Notes under the pieces: generated by a model
Database searches by the model: none
Told to the model about the DNA's origin: nothing
What the model saw: the letters and a program-made list of their open reading frames with translations, nothing else
Part shown: positions 38,213-47,525 of the stretch, in pieces
Layout: each line of letters starts with the position of its first letter
Numbering within the stretch: position 1 is the stretch's first letter
DNA from: a virus
Length of the DNA stretch: 64,000 nt
Reading direction: 5' to 3' (one strand)
IMG/VR virus record: IMGVR_UViG_3300023296_000646
Coordinates: 1 to 64,000 of that record
Translations under genes and position numbers: made by a program

Positions 38213-41200
38213 TTATTCAATAATTTTCTCACGTTCTACACCATTCCAGTACTTGATAGCTGCTTCATCCTTTCTAGTTGCTATTACCAATACATTATAT
38301 TCACCGTCAGTGTCTGCGTATACCCTCACTGCGTTTTTGTCTGGTGTTATTTTACCGTATGCTCTACCAAAATGATCAACAGCATTTACCCATATTTGTA
38401 CATCAGTGTTTAAGTAATGGAAATAATCTGGTATGAGGGTCCAGCCAGATCCATCATACACATCAACTGTGAATCTATAAATGTTGTCACCAGCTGTTGG
38501 AGACTCAACAAACGAATGCCATAGAGTATGTGTATCCGTTTTTTCTGGATCTGGATGATCAATCATAAATGATCCAGCGGTTTTACTTAATGTACCTGCT
38601 ACGTGGAGCGACGGTTCTACCACCCACCGAACATTAGTCCAGTCGTAATAAATTTCACTACCGAAGTTTAAAGATCCACTATAAACTGGGGCAATGTATA
38701 CTTTGTTTGCTGCCAATCCAGAACCAGATACTGCAGCAATTGCCAATCCAGTACTATTGGAAGTTCCTTCAGAATCCCGTAGTAAAAACTGAGCAAGTAC
38801 GTTATTTGATCCATTAACCAATGCGTTAATTGATTCTTCAGATGTTATAGATCCCCTTGCTACTATCTTATTAGATGTTGATGCTCCAAATGAATGACCA
38901 GAACCTACCGTCAGATGATCCGTAGTTGTTAACCCACCAACAGTAAGATCTGTTGATATTTCTTGACTACCAGTTACCGAAAGTTGACCAACTACCAATA
39001 CTGCTGGTGTTGAATCTTGAACTCGTAAGTATGCGTCTGCGGCGGCTACTGCTTGAAATCCACCACCATTAATGGTTGTTTTTGCCAATTCCAACGTTGC
39101 ACTTATAGTTTCTCCAGCCAAATTAAACGATGAATCTGGGACTGTTGACAGCGGTTTTGCAGAAAACCACCCACCACTCTCTTCAATGTGCCATTGCGCT
39201 GTATATGTTGTAATACCCGATGTTAAGTCAGCATCTACTGTGAATTTATGTGAAGTCCAACTTACTGTAGTATTCCAACCTTGATCTACTGAATATGATG
39301 TTATGGTTCTAGTACCACTTTCAGCTATCAACGTGGTACCATTAAAAATTTGTAACTTAACCGTTGCCGACGCTATACCATTACCGTCAAATGCAGAATC
39401 ACCACAATATACAGTCCTACTTGCATGTGCTCCAAGTGTAGCTGATACTGTGTACGTACCAGTTAATGTGGGTGCTGGGGAGAACGTTACTGGGTGGACA
39501 TAAATTGATGATGATATTCCAGTATTAGCCCAAGAAACTGCGTGCGTTGTTGTGGTTGAAGTTTCAGTTAGAGTTTCACCCGCAGTTGGATCTGGTAGTG
39601 TCAATGCAGTATTTGCTAAGAATCTAGCCGCTCCATTTGAATCTCTAACACTTATAGAATCATTACTACCGTCAAGCGTAATTTTACCACCCACAGACGT
39701 TAATGCAGTACCCGAAAGTGTAAATCCACCAACCTCACCGCTACTTGCACTAACAAATCCAGTGAAACTAGCGTTTTTTGCAACAAGTGATCCAGATGAA
39801 TCTAAACTGAAGTTTGGTGCCTGTATCGAATCATTATATACGGCTACACCACCAATTGTACCACCTATGGCGTATATTGTACCAGATACTGCCAATACGT
39901 TTGTACCCGAATTCCACGATAAGCCGTTACCAGATCCACCAGTTCCATTTAAATAAAAGTTACCATCGTTGTTCATGTATGTTGTCCATGTACTTCCAAC
40001 ATGGAACCCAAGTTCGGTTGCAGTCAGAGACAATCCAGTACCTGTTGGTGCTGCATCTCGCCATACGAACCCCTGATTCGTTGTGAATATTGACAATGAT
40101 GCACTTGTCAAATCTCCAGCCAACGACGATGAATATGCAGAAGACGATGCATATGAATTTGTAACATCATCTGCTAGAGATCCAGAAACTTCATCAAATG
40201 CTCCAGAAACATTATTTGAACCCGAAGTGATATTATCTGCGAGTGATGATGAATATAAAGAAGATGATGCATATGAATCAGTAATACCACCCGCCAATGA
40301 TCCAGAAACGGCATCAAACGCCCCAGAAACATTATTTGAACCCGAAGTGATATTATCTGCGAGTGATGACGAATATAAAGAAGACGATGCATATGAATCA
40401 GTAATACCAGTTTCATTCAGAGTAATTGAAATTCCTTGAGCGGTAACAGTTGTTGCAGCAGATGATGAATATGCAGATGAAGATGCAAATGAATCTGTAA
40501 TTGAAATTCCTTGAGCTGTGATCGACGTCGCAGCAGATGATGAATACGCAGATGAAGATGCATATGAATTCGTTATTGAAATTCCTTGAGCTGTGATGTC
40601 AGTTGAAAATGACGACGAATATCCAGAAGAAGAAGCAAACGAATCAGTAATTGAAATTCCTTGAGCTGTTATATCGGTTGATAACGATTGAGAATACGCA
40701 GATGAAGATGCATATGAATTCGTTATTGAAATTCCTTGAGCTGTAATCGATGTGGCCAATGACGAAGAAGTTCCATCAAATGCACCAGATACATTATTAG
40801 CGTTGGCTGTAATAGTAATTCCTTGAGCTGTGATCGACGTCGCAGCAGATGATGAATATGCAGATGAAGATGCGTATGAATTCGTTATTGAAATTCCTTG
40901 AGCGGTTATATCTGTCTGAAACGATTGAGAATATCCTTCATTAGACTGTGATACCGAAGTTAATGTCAATCCCTGAGCAGTTAAATCTGCTTGAAATGAT
41001 TGAGAGTATCCAGAAGAAGAAGCAAACGAATCAGTAATTGAAATTCCTTGTGCCGTAATATCAGTTGAAAATGACTGAGAATAAGCTGACGACGACGCAT
41101 ACGAATTTGTTATTGAAATTCCTTGATCTGTTATTGATGTTGCGAATGATTGAGAAACCGTATCGAATGCCCCAGATATCGATGATGTTGTTGGGACATT

Positions 41201-44200
41201 TCCGCCAGTTACAGTAATCGCACCCTTCACCGATAAGTTGGAACCATTCCAAATCATATGACCGTTTGATCCTGACAATGACATTTTTAATGTTTCACCA
41301 CTAACTGATCCGGATCCTAAATAAAATCCAGACTGTGCGTAATTTTGGACAGATTGTCCTAACGAAATATATGGACTATCAATACCACCGTTTAATGCAA
41401 TGTTAGCCTCACCAGATACTTCGTTTGTACCAATGTTTAAAACCTTTCCAATATATGCGTCCTGTGCAAGTAAAATATCAGTAGCAACTGCTGCGAAATT
41501 TGTAAAAGTTCCCCAATAATCAGTAGTATTAGAACCTGTTGGATGCCCGTTATTTGAGCTAATTGTAGATTTTAAATCTCCGTCAGATCCAGTATAATAA
41601 TAATACGTACTACCGTGGGTAACAATATCTCTTCTAACATCGTCGTTTTGAAGTGGCCAATTTGCAAGTAAATCATCATAGTCACCTATATAAACTACTC
41701 CTGGACCCTGACGACCCTGATAGGCCTTTGTCACTGTAAATGAACCCTGAAGTGTCGTTGTATAATCACTATATGCCTTAGATGCAGTTACAGATACTAA
41801 TGCAGTTTCTAGTGTGCTAGGTGTAAATGAATCTACTGCTATTGTTTCTTTATCTGTTGCGACTAGAGCTGACATATTTGCAGAACTACTGGCCCATGTC
41901 CATGTAGTATAATCGGTCTCAAGTTCTCCGTCTACATAGAGATATACATCTACAGTATTTGGCAAACCGGATATAACATCTCCAGTAGGTCCTGCTGGGA
42001 CTACAAAGCTTTCTGGAGAAAATGATAGACCAAACGCATTACGAGGTTCTGATACTATTGTAAATTGTTCCTTTATTGTAATAGATGCGCTAGTGAACGC
42101 GATAGTCATATTGCTAGTGCCGCCGCCATCTACATCAATAGATACGTTTGCCCAATCATCGGTTCTAAGACCAGTATTTTCTGATCCAGTTTGAAGATTC
42201 GTTCCGCTAATAGTTATGGGCCAACCTCTAGTCGCAGTTACAGTATCACCTATGTAAAACGATGCAGTAATTCCATTTGTAACATCGGTAGGTGTATAAA
42301 CTCCAGTATTAGGGCTGTATTGCCAAACTCTGTTATTATCATCAAGGTTTAATATTCCGCTAGGTGCTGCTATTCCATCTGTTCCATCAGATACAACATG
42401 AAACGTTTCCTCTGTTGTGAGCGAAGTTCCGTATGTAGGATCTACATATGTAAACGTTACACTTAAATCCTTTGTATTTGCGTATGAATCTTCTGATACT
42501 GAATTGCCATCAACATCACTCACAGTGACAGCAATATCAGTAGATCCACCAGGTTCATAACTCCAGCTCATCTGATCAACTGTACCTGTCCAATTTGGAT
42601 CTATTCCTACATATCTACTATACACTACACCCGTTCCGTCGCTCTGGTTCGGTATATAAAAACTACCGGTAATTCCCAATGTAGATGGGGTGTACTCATT
42701 GCTTCCGCTTCGAATTAACGTGCGACCTGAATCTGTGGAAATATATCCAGCAGGTTTTCCGTCTTGCAAATCTGCAAGGGTAATTGTATCAGCAACTACT
42801 GATCCAGATTTTGCAATAATAGTTAAAGATCCAGTTATTGCAGAACCACTAATTTGTGCGTGATATGGAAGAATTCCAGATCCGTTATACGGAGAGCCTG
42901 TTGCTGTACCTGCTGAAATACCATTCATCGATCCTACTAATTCTACAGATGCAGAATAGAGTTTTATATCTCCTGAATTTAAAATATATTCCTGGGATCC
43001 TGATACCTTTACTAGTTGAATTTCTAAATTTCCTGCGTTACTTGGATCACCACCGTCTTTGTTTTTTAAGACAGTCCCAAAGAATGGTCTGATTAAATAT
43101 GATACAGAATTAGTACCATCAGTAATATCAGATACTGAAATTGTATCTACTACTGCTAGAGCTGATCCAGAATACCATTCAAATACTTCTAATGAATCAA
43201 TATCATCTTTAGTAATTCGATATACTGTTCCTCCAGGAAGAGATGCAGTAATATTTGAGTTATCACTCTGTTTACGCAGATATGATGTAGAACCAGATAT
43301 AATATCTGTAACAGATCCACTTGTTGTAGTTTGGGTTTTAAATTCTAAATATGCAGGCTGGTGTAATCCGGAATTTGGATTTGTACTGAAATATGTGCCA
43401 CTTATTGGAAGAATTGTGTGAGCTAACGTGTCTATGCTTCCAGAACCATCTAAACCTTCTACGGTTATGTAGAATGTCTCTTCTGTGGTCATCGTGTTTG
43501 CATATGTAGGATCAGTATACGTAAATGTTAAACTTAAATCAGTAGTAGTTGCATATGCGTCTTCTGAAACAGATCCACCGTCTAAGTCGTTTCCTATAAC
43601 CTCAATATCAGAAGTTCCTCCTGTATCATAGCTCCAACTCATTTGATCTGCAGATCCATTCCAATTTGGATCTATGGATACATACCTATTATATGTAGTA
43701 CCTGATCCATCGGATTTGTTTGGTATATAAAAACTACCAGTTAATCCTATTGAATTAATATTATATGTAGATGTATTTGGATCTCTCTTAAAAACTCTAG
43801 TATTTGCAGTGACATATCCTGCAGGAAGTCCATCTTGTAAATCTGCTAGAGTTATTGAATCCCATAAGATTCCAGATCCAGTATCCTCTGCAGTCAGTAA
43901 TAATGATCCAGTAATAGCAGATCCGCTTATTTGTGCATTGTATCTAACATCTGCCAATCTGGTGCCATCACCTATTCCATTAAAGCTAGTATTCAGTTCA
44001 ACACTTGCTGAATATAATCTTACATTTCCAAGGGCTACAGATGAACTTACTAATCTACCATCTACAAACTTTACAATTTCTATTTCAAGATTTCCTGTGT
44101 TATCTGGATCTCCACCATCTTTGTTTTTTAAAACAGTTCCAAATACTGGGCGTATGAACACCTGCTTACCAGATAAGCCGTCGGTTGAGGTGTTTATTGA

Positions 44201-47200
44201 CACAGCATCATATTTACCTTCCGAAGATGCAGTAATTTCAACATTCCCAACAGTATATCCATTATCAGATCCTGTGAAATTGGCAACAGTCATTGTTCCA
44301 CCAGAATCAGTTAAATCAGTCATTGTTCCTGGATAAACATCTGCTCCAAATGTAGAGAATAAATAGCATGTATCTGTAATAGAATCCCTATTAACCGACG
44401 CAGTAAGTGGAAAGTCTGATCTCTGAAGTGTTAATGAACTAGTATTATTTCCATAAAAAGATGATGTGAATGTTTGGTTACCAGTTCCACCAACTACGGA
44501 TCCCACTAACGACGATGTTGTAATATTAGTACCATCGTTTTTCTTGACAGTAAAGTCTCCAGATATAATAGTACCAGATAAACTTTCTTGCTGTATAGTA
44601 AAGGTGACAGTGTCCGATGTTGGAATTGTAGACCCAGATTCTTGATATTCAATTGGACTAGGAGACGCAAACATTATTAGCTTTTCAGATCCACCTGATT
44701 TGTCCTTAGATACTGTGAACGTGTGCTCATACAGCATATCCGCTATGCTAGCGCTTAGAGTTACTGTTCCACTATCAGTATCATCATGAAGAGATGCAGT
44801 ATACAATCCAGTTGAATCTATACTAGCTGTTACTCCGGCAGATGAACCAGATAATGTAAATGTTGTCCCAGATGATACGTTATCATTTGCGCTAAAGACA
44901 AAGAAACTTCCAGTAGTTCCTAGATAGTTACCACCTGTGCCATTTGCTTCAGTTGCCACGCTATGGGTAGCATTTGAAAGAAATGTTACATATGACGATG
45001 TTTCGTATGATGCAGATGGGATTAAAGAACCAGAATCATCGAACGCCTGAGATGCATAAGTTATTGATCCTGTTACTAAACCTCTAGTAGACGTAGTAAA
45101 TGTTATAGCCTGGGCTATTGGATTTGCAGTCAATACGAAACTACCTGAAATATCTGGCGTATTGAATGTAAAGCTAGGTCTGTTTGCGCTAAAGTTTACC
45201 GATTTTCCAAACAGACTACCACCATAGAAACTTTGCTTATCTGATACTACAGTTATGTCGATTAGGTTAGAGTTGACATCAAAAAATTCTGATTTGAATT
45301 CATACGTTTGGTCATTTATCGTAGTCGGTATTTGAATCGTTGTTACAAATTGATTTGGACTAAAATTGGTTTCATGATATTCCTTTAGACTAACATCACC
45401 TATGTACCATTCTGCACCTCTTATTACAAAATTAAGTACCCCAGTTCCATTATATGTTGGTTCAAAGTTTTCAGAAAAATCTAATGTAGTTCTAACACCA
45501 CCAACCTTTACGGATCCTATAAGTTGACCATACGAATGATTGTCATCTATTATTCCCAATGATCCTGTAGTATTGTTAAATGATGAACCGCTAAGAAATA
45601 CTTCCAATGATCCTTCACCCAATCCTATTGTGGAAAACGATACATTATATTCTGATCCTGTTACGTATGGTGTTTCAACTGAATTGTTAAATCCATATTC
45701 GTTTTTTACAGATGAACTATATGCATATGTACTTCCAGTATATTGACTAGTGCCTGCTAAGGAACTAGATACTTCTGCTAATATGAATATTGTATTATCA
45801 GATCCATTATTGGCAATAAAGCTTGGGGTTGAAATTTCAGTAGATGCAGATACATAAAAGCTTTGTGTAGCGCCAGAAGATATAGATTCGCTTTCGTAAT
45901 AAACAGATCCAGTAAATGTACCAGTTCCTGCGTGTGATCTAGATTCATACGTTAAAATTTGAGTTAAAAATTCTGATGCCGATGATGTTGTGAACGTATA
46001 AGTAGCAGGAAATGTTGTTGATCCTGAAGTAAATTCTTTAACGGTTGCAGATGATGTTAGATGTACAGACTGGAATAATGTTGAATCATTATTTGATGCA
46101 GTTATAAAAAATGAAGACGTATTCCAATAGCTATCAATTGTTGCCTGAGTTCTAAATGTCCCAGTTCTGTATTCTGTGCCAGTTTTAGAATCGTCCTTTA
46201 ATTCTTCCCTAGCTTCAATTACTTGATCTTGGACTAATTCGTAATCAGTTTCAACTGTACTGCCTATTGGTCTTCTATATAGTTTAATCCTATGAACATC
46301 ACCAGAAAATGTTTCTAAGTTTGTAATAGTAACCGTTGCAAATGATGCAGTACCGTCGTTTGATGGATCTGTTTCAAATGATTCTGATGTATACGCAGAA
46401 ATGAAACTGACATCGCTAAAATCTGCAATGACTTCTTTGTATGAGCTGGCGTGTATAGAATTGGACGATGTAATAAAATACGGAGTGGTTGCTAACGCCT
46501 CAGTATCACTTAGTATCTTTTTTAACTTAGTCGTGTACGTTTGATTTAGTGACGATACCGTTATTATGCCCTCGCTAGGAACCATTAGTTCGCTAAATGT
46601 AGATCCAGATATTGTTAATTTATATTCAGTATTACCGTTGAATCTACTCCAATCATGTCCTGCCTTTGGAAATCCTGCAGATCCACTTAAACTACCAGAA
46701 TTTTGAATTATTGTTGGAACTCTCTTTTTGAGATTAACAATGTTTTCTGTGACTGAAATTATTGGTCTAGAAGTAAATCTTACCCTAGTTTCGTTTGGTA
46801 ATGATTTGTTAATGAATATTGGATATTCCCACCTAACATTATAATTGTCTTTCCATTCGTCAGGAATATCTATCAAATCTCCAGATTCATTTCTATACTT
46901 TCTAAGCTCACCTAGAATTGTAATTTTACCTTGACCAATTGGAGTATCGTCATATACCCACACAGAAACTACCTTAGATCTTCCTTCGTAATATTGTGGC
47001 CGTCCTTGGGCCACTTCATAGTAAACTGGGTTTCCATCAACATCTGTAATTTCAACCTTAACGGTAGTTCCTAATTCTAATTCACGTGTTCCTGTAATTA
47101 GAAATCCGTTCTTTCCACCAGTCAGAGTTTGAGGTAGATCCGTTACTGCAAAATATCTAGAACCAACACTCCTGTCTTCTTTAAAGACTACGTATTGATC

Positions 47201-47239
47201 TAAATTTTGCTTTTCTACTATTCTCTTAATTCTTGGCAT
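38213..47239 (-). CDS. Giant tail fibre/spike protein (3008 aa)
   Basis: Repeated beta domains, coiled-coil repeat stalk, C-terminal SKTAGSFMIDHPDP...HSFVESP chaperone-type domain. Confidence 0.75.
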   Translation of the reverse strand: MPRIKRIVEKQNLDQYVVFKEDRSVGSRYFAVTDLPQTLTGGKNGFLITGTRELELGTTVKVEITDVDGNPVYYEVAQGRPQYYEGRSKVVSVWVYDDTPIGQGKITILGELRKYRNESGDLIDIPDEWKDNYNVRWEYPIFINKSLPNETRVRFTSRPIISVTENIVNLKKRVPTIIQNSGSLSGSAGFPKAGHDWSRFNGNTEYKLTISGSTFSELMVPSEGIITVSSLNQTYTTKLKKILSDTEALATTPYFITSSNSIHASSYKEVIADFSDVSFISAYTSESFETDPSNDGTASFATVTITNLETFSGDVHRIKLYRRPIGSTVETDYELVQDQVIEAREELKDDSKTGTEYRTGTFRTQATIDSYWNTSSFFITASNNDSTLFQSVHLTSSATVKEFTSGSTTFPATYTFTTSSASEFLTQILTYESRSHAGTGTFTGSVYYESESISSGATQSFYVSASTEISTPSFIANNGSDNTIFILAEVSSSLAGTSQYTGSTYAYSSSVKNEYGFNNSVETPYVTGSEYNVSFSTIGLGEGSLEVFLSGSSFNNTTGSLGIIDDNHSYGQLIGSVKVGGVRTTLDFSENFEPTYNGTGVLNFVIRGAEWYIGDVSLKEYHETNFSPNQFVTTIQIPTTINDQTYEFKSEFFDVNSNLIDITVVSDKQSFYGGSLFGKSVNFSANRPSFTFNTPDISGSFVLTANPIAQAITFTTSTRGLVTGSITYASQAFDDSGSLIPSASYETSSYVTFLSNATHSVATEANGTGGNYLGTTGSFFVFSANDNVSSGTTFTLSGSSAGVTASIDSTGLYTASLHDDTDSGTVTLSASIADMLYEHTFTVSKDKSGGSEKLIMFASPSPIEYQESGSTIPTSDTVTFTIQQESLSGTIISGDFTVKKNDGTNITTSSLVGSVVGGTGNQTFTSSFYGNNTSSLTLQRSDFPLTASVNRDSITDTCYLFSTFGADVYPGTMTDLTDSGGTMTVANFTGSDNGYTVGNVEITASSEGKYDAVSINTSTDGLSGKQVFIRPVFGTVLKNKDGGDPDNTGNLEIEIVKFVDGRLVSSSVALGNVRLYSASVELNTSFNGIGDGTRLADVRYNAQISGSAITGSLLLTAEDTGSGILWDSITLADLQDGLPAGYVTANTRVFKRDPNTSTYNINSIGLTGSFYIPNKSDGSGTTYNRYVSIDPNWNGSADQMSWSYDTGGTSDIEVIGNDLDGGSVSEDAYATTTDLSLTFTYTDPTYANTMTTEETFYITVEGLDGSGSIDTLAHTILPISGTYFSTNPNSGLHQPAYLEFKTQTTTSGSVTDIISGSTSYLRKQSDNSNITASLPGGTVYRITKDDIDSLEVFEWYSGSALAVVDTISVSDITDGTNSVSYLIRPFFGTVLKNKDGGDPSNAGNLEIQLVKVSGSQEYILNSGDIKLYSASVELVGSMNGISAGTATGSPYNGSGILPYHAQISGSAITGSLTIIAKSGSVVADTITLADLQDGKPAGYISTDSGRTLIRSGSNEYTPSTLGITGSFYIPNQSDGTGVVYSRYVGIDPNWTGTVDQMSWSYEPGGSTDIAVTVSDVDGNSVSEDSYANTKDLSVTFTYVDPTYGTSLTTEETFHVVSDGTDGIAAPSGILNLDDNNRVWQYSPNTGVYTPTDVTNGITASFYIGDTVTATRGWPITISGTNLQTGSENTGLRTDDWANVSIDVDGGGTSNMTIAFTSASITIKEQFTIVSEPRNAFGLSFSPESFVVPAGPTGDVISGLPNTVDVYLYVDGELETDYTTWTWASSSANMSALVATDKETIAVDSFTPSTLETALVSVTASKAYSDYTTTLQGSFTVTKAYQGRQGPGVVYIGDYDDLLANWPLQNDDVRRDIVTHGSTYYYYTGSDGDLKSTISSNNGHPTGSNTTDYWGTFTNFAAVATDILLAQDAYIGKVLNIGTNEVSGEANIALNGGIDSPYISLGQSVQNYAQSGFYLGSGSVSGETLKMSLSGSNGHMIWNGSNLSVKGAITVTGGNVPTTSSISGAFDTVSQSFATSITDQGISITNSYASSSAYSQSFSTDITAQGISITDSFASSSGYSQSFQADLTAQGLTLTSVSQSNEGYSQSFQTDITAQGISITNSYASSSAYSSSAATSITAQGITITANANNVSGAFDGTSSSLATSITAQGISITNSYASSSAYSQSLSTDITAQGISITDSFASSSGYSSSFSTDITAQGISITNSYASSSAYSSSAATSITAQGISITDSFASSSAYSSSAATTVTAQGISITLNETGITDSYASSSLYSSSLADNITSGSNNVSGAFDAVSGSLAGGITDSYASSSLYSSSLADNITSGSNNVSGAFDEVSGSLADDVTNSYASSSAYSSSLAGDLTSASLSIFTTNQGFVWRDAAPTGTGLSLTATELGFHVGSTWTTYMNNDGNFYLNGTGGSGNGLSWNSGTNVLAVSGTIYAIGGTIGGVAVYNDSIQAPNFSLDSSGSLVAKNASFTGFVSASSGEVGGFTLSGTALTSVGGKITLDGSNDSISVRDSNGAARFLANTALTLPDPTAGETLTETSTTTTHAVSWANTGISSSIYVHPVTFSPAPTLTGTYTVSATLGAHASRTVYCGDSAFDGNGIASATVKLQIFNGTTLIAESGTRTITSYSVDQGWNTTVSWTSHKFTVDADLTSGITTYTAQWHIEESGGWFSAKPLSTVPDSSFNLAGETISATLELAKTTINGGGFQAVAAADAYLRVQDSTPAVLVVGQLSVTGSQEISTDLTVGGLTTTDHLTVGSGHSFGASTSNKIVARGSITSEESINALVNGSNNVLAQFLLRDSEGTSNSTGLAIAAVSGSGLAANKVYIAPVYSGSLNFGSEIYYDWTNVRWVVEPSLHVAGTLSKTAGSFMIDHPDPEKTDTHTLWHSFVESPTAGDNIYRFTVDVYDGSGWTLIPDYFHYLNTDVQIWVNAVDHFGRAYGKITPDKNAVRVYADTDGEYNVLVIATRKDEAAIKYWNGVEREKIIE
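40110..41180 (-). repeat. Coding tandem repeats: 75-nt (25-aa) and 120-nt (40-aa) units
   Basis: ITAQGISITNSYASSSAYSQSFSTD units; SGSNNVSGAFD..SGSLA units at a 120-nt period. Confidence 0.9.
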
Positions 47240-47285
47240 ATAAAAACTCCGGACTGTTACAGTTAAATATGCACAGCTCGGAGTT
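47240..47285 (-). promoter_or_regulatory. Hairpin covering the RBS of the 3008-aa gene, with a promoter-like motif in its loop; also terminator-like
   Basis: Minus strand AACTCCG-ag-CTGT-gcATATTTAACtgta-ACAG-tc-CGGAGTT-tttat-ATG. Confidence 0.55.
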
Positions 47286-47324
47286 ATTATTTTTGAGTAT
47301 TTTAATAAATTTTACATTATTTCA

Positions 47325-47333
47325 ATACTTATA
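47325..47333 (+). promoter_or_regulatory. Candidate late promoter ATACTTATA on plus strand
   Basis: 18 nt before ATG 47352; same motif as for the minus-strand genes, in flipped orientation. Confidence 0.6.
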
Positions 47334-47351
47334 AGAAATAGGTTATTACAT

Positions 47352-47525
47352 ATGTCTAGAAATACAGATTACAAAATGCTTCAGATACCACTAGAAGCAC
47401 ATTCAGTTCTAAAACGATATTGTTCAGAAAACGACTACAAAATGGGAAAGTTTGTTGGTAAACTAATTGTTAGGGAATTGGGAAAATTAAAGCCAGATGG
47501 AAAGATGTTACCTACGGGTAATTGA
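47352..47525 (+). CDS. 57-aa ribbon-helix-helix-like DNA-binding protein (not in ORF track)
   Basis: MSRNTDYKMLQIPLEAHSVLKRYCSENDYKMGKFVGKLIVRELGKLKPDGKMLPTGN; strand-helix-helix pattern; AGGT upstream. Confidence 0.65.
   Translation: MSRNTDYKMLQIPLEAHSVLKRYCSENDYKMGKFVGKLIVRELGKLKPDGKMLPTGN

Noticed and set aside
40110-41180. Possible CRISPR array
   Set aside because: The units are multiples of 3 inside an open frame, lack unique spacers and vary at synonymous sites.
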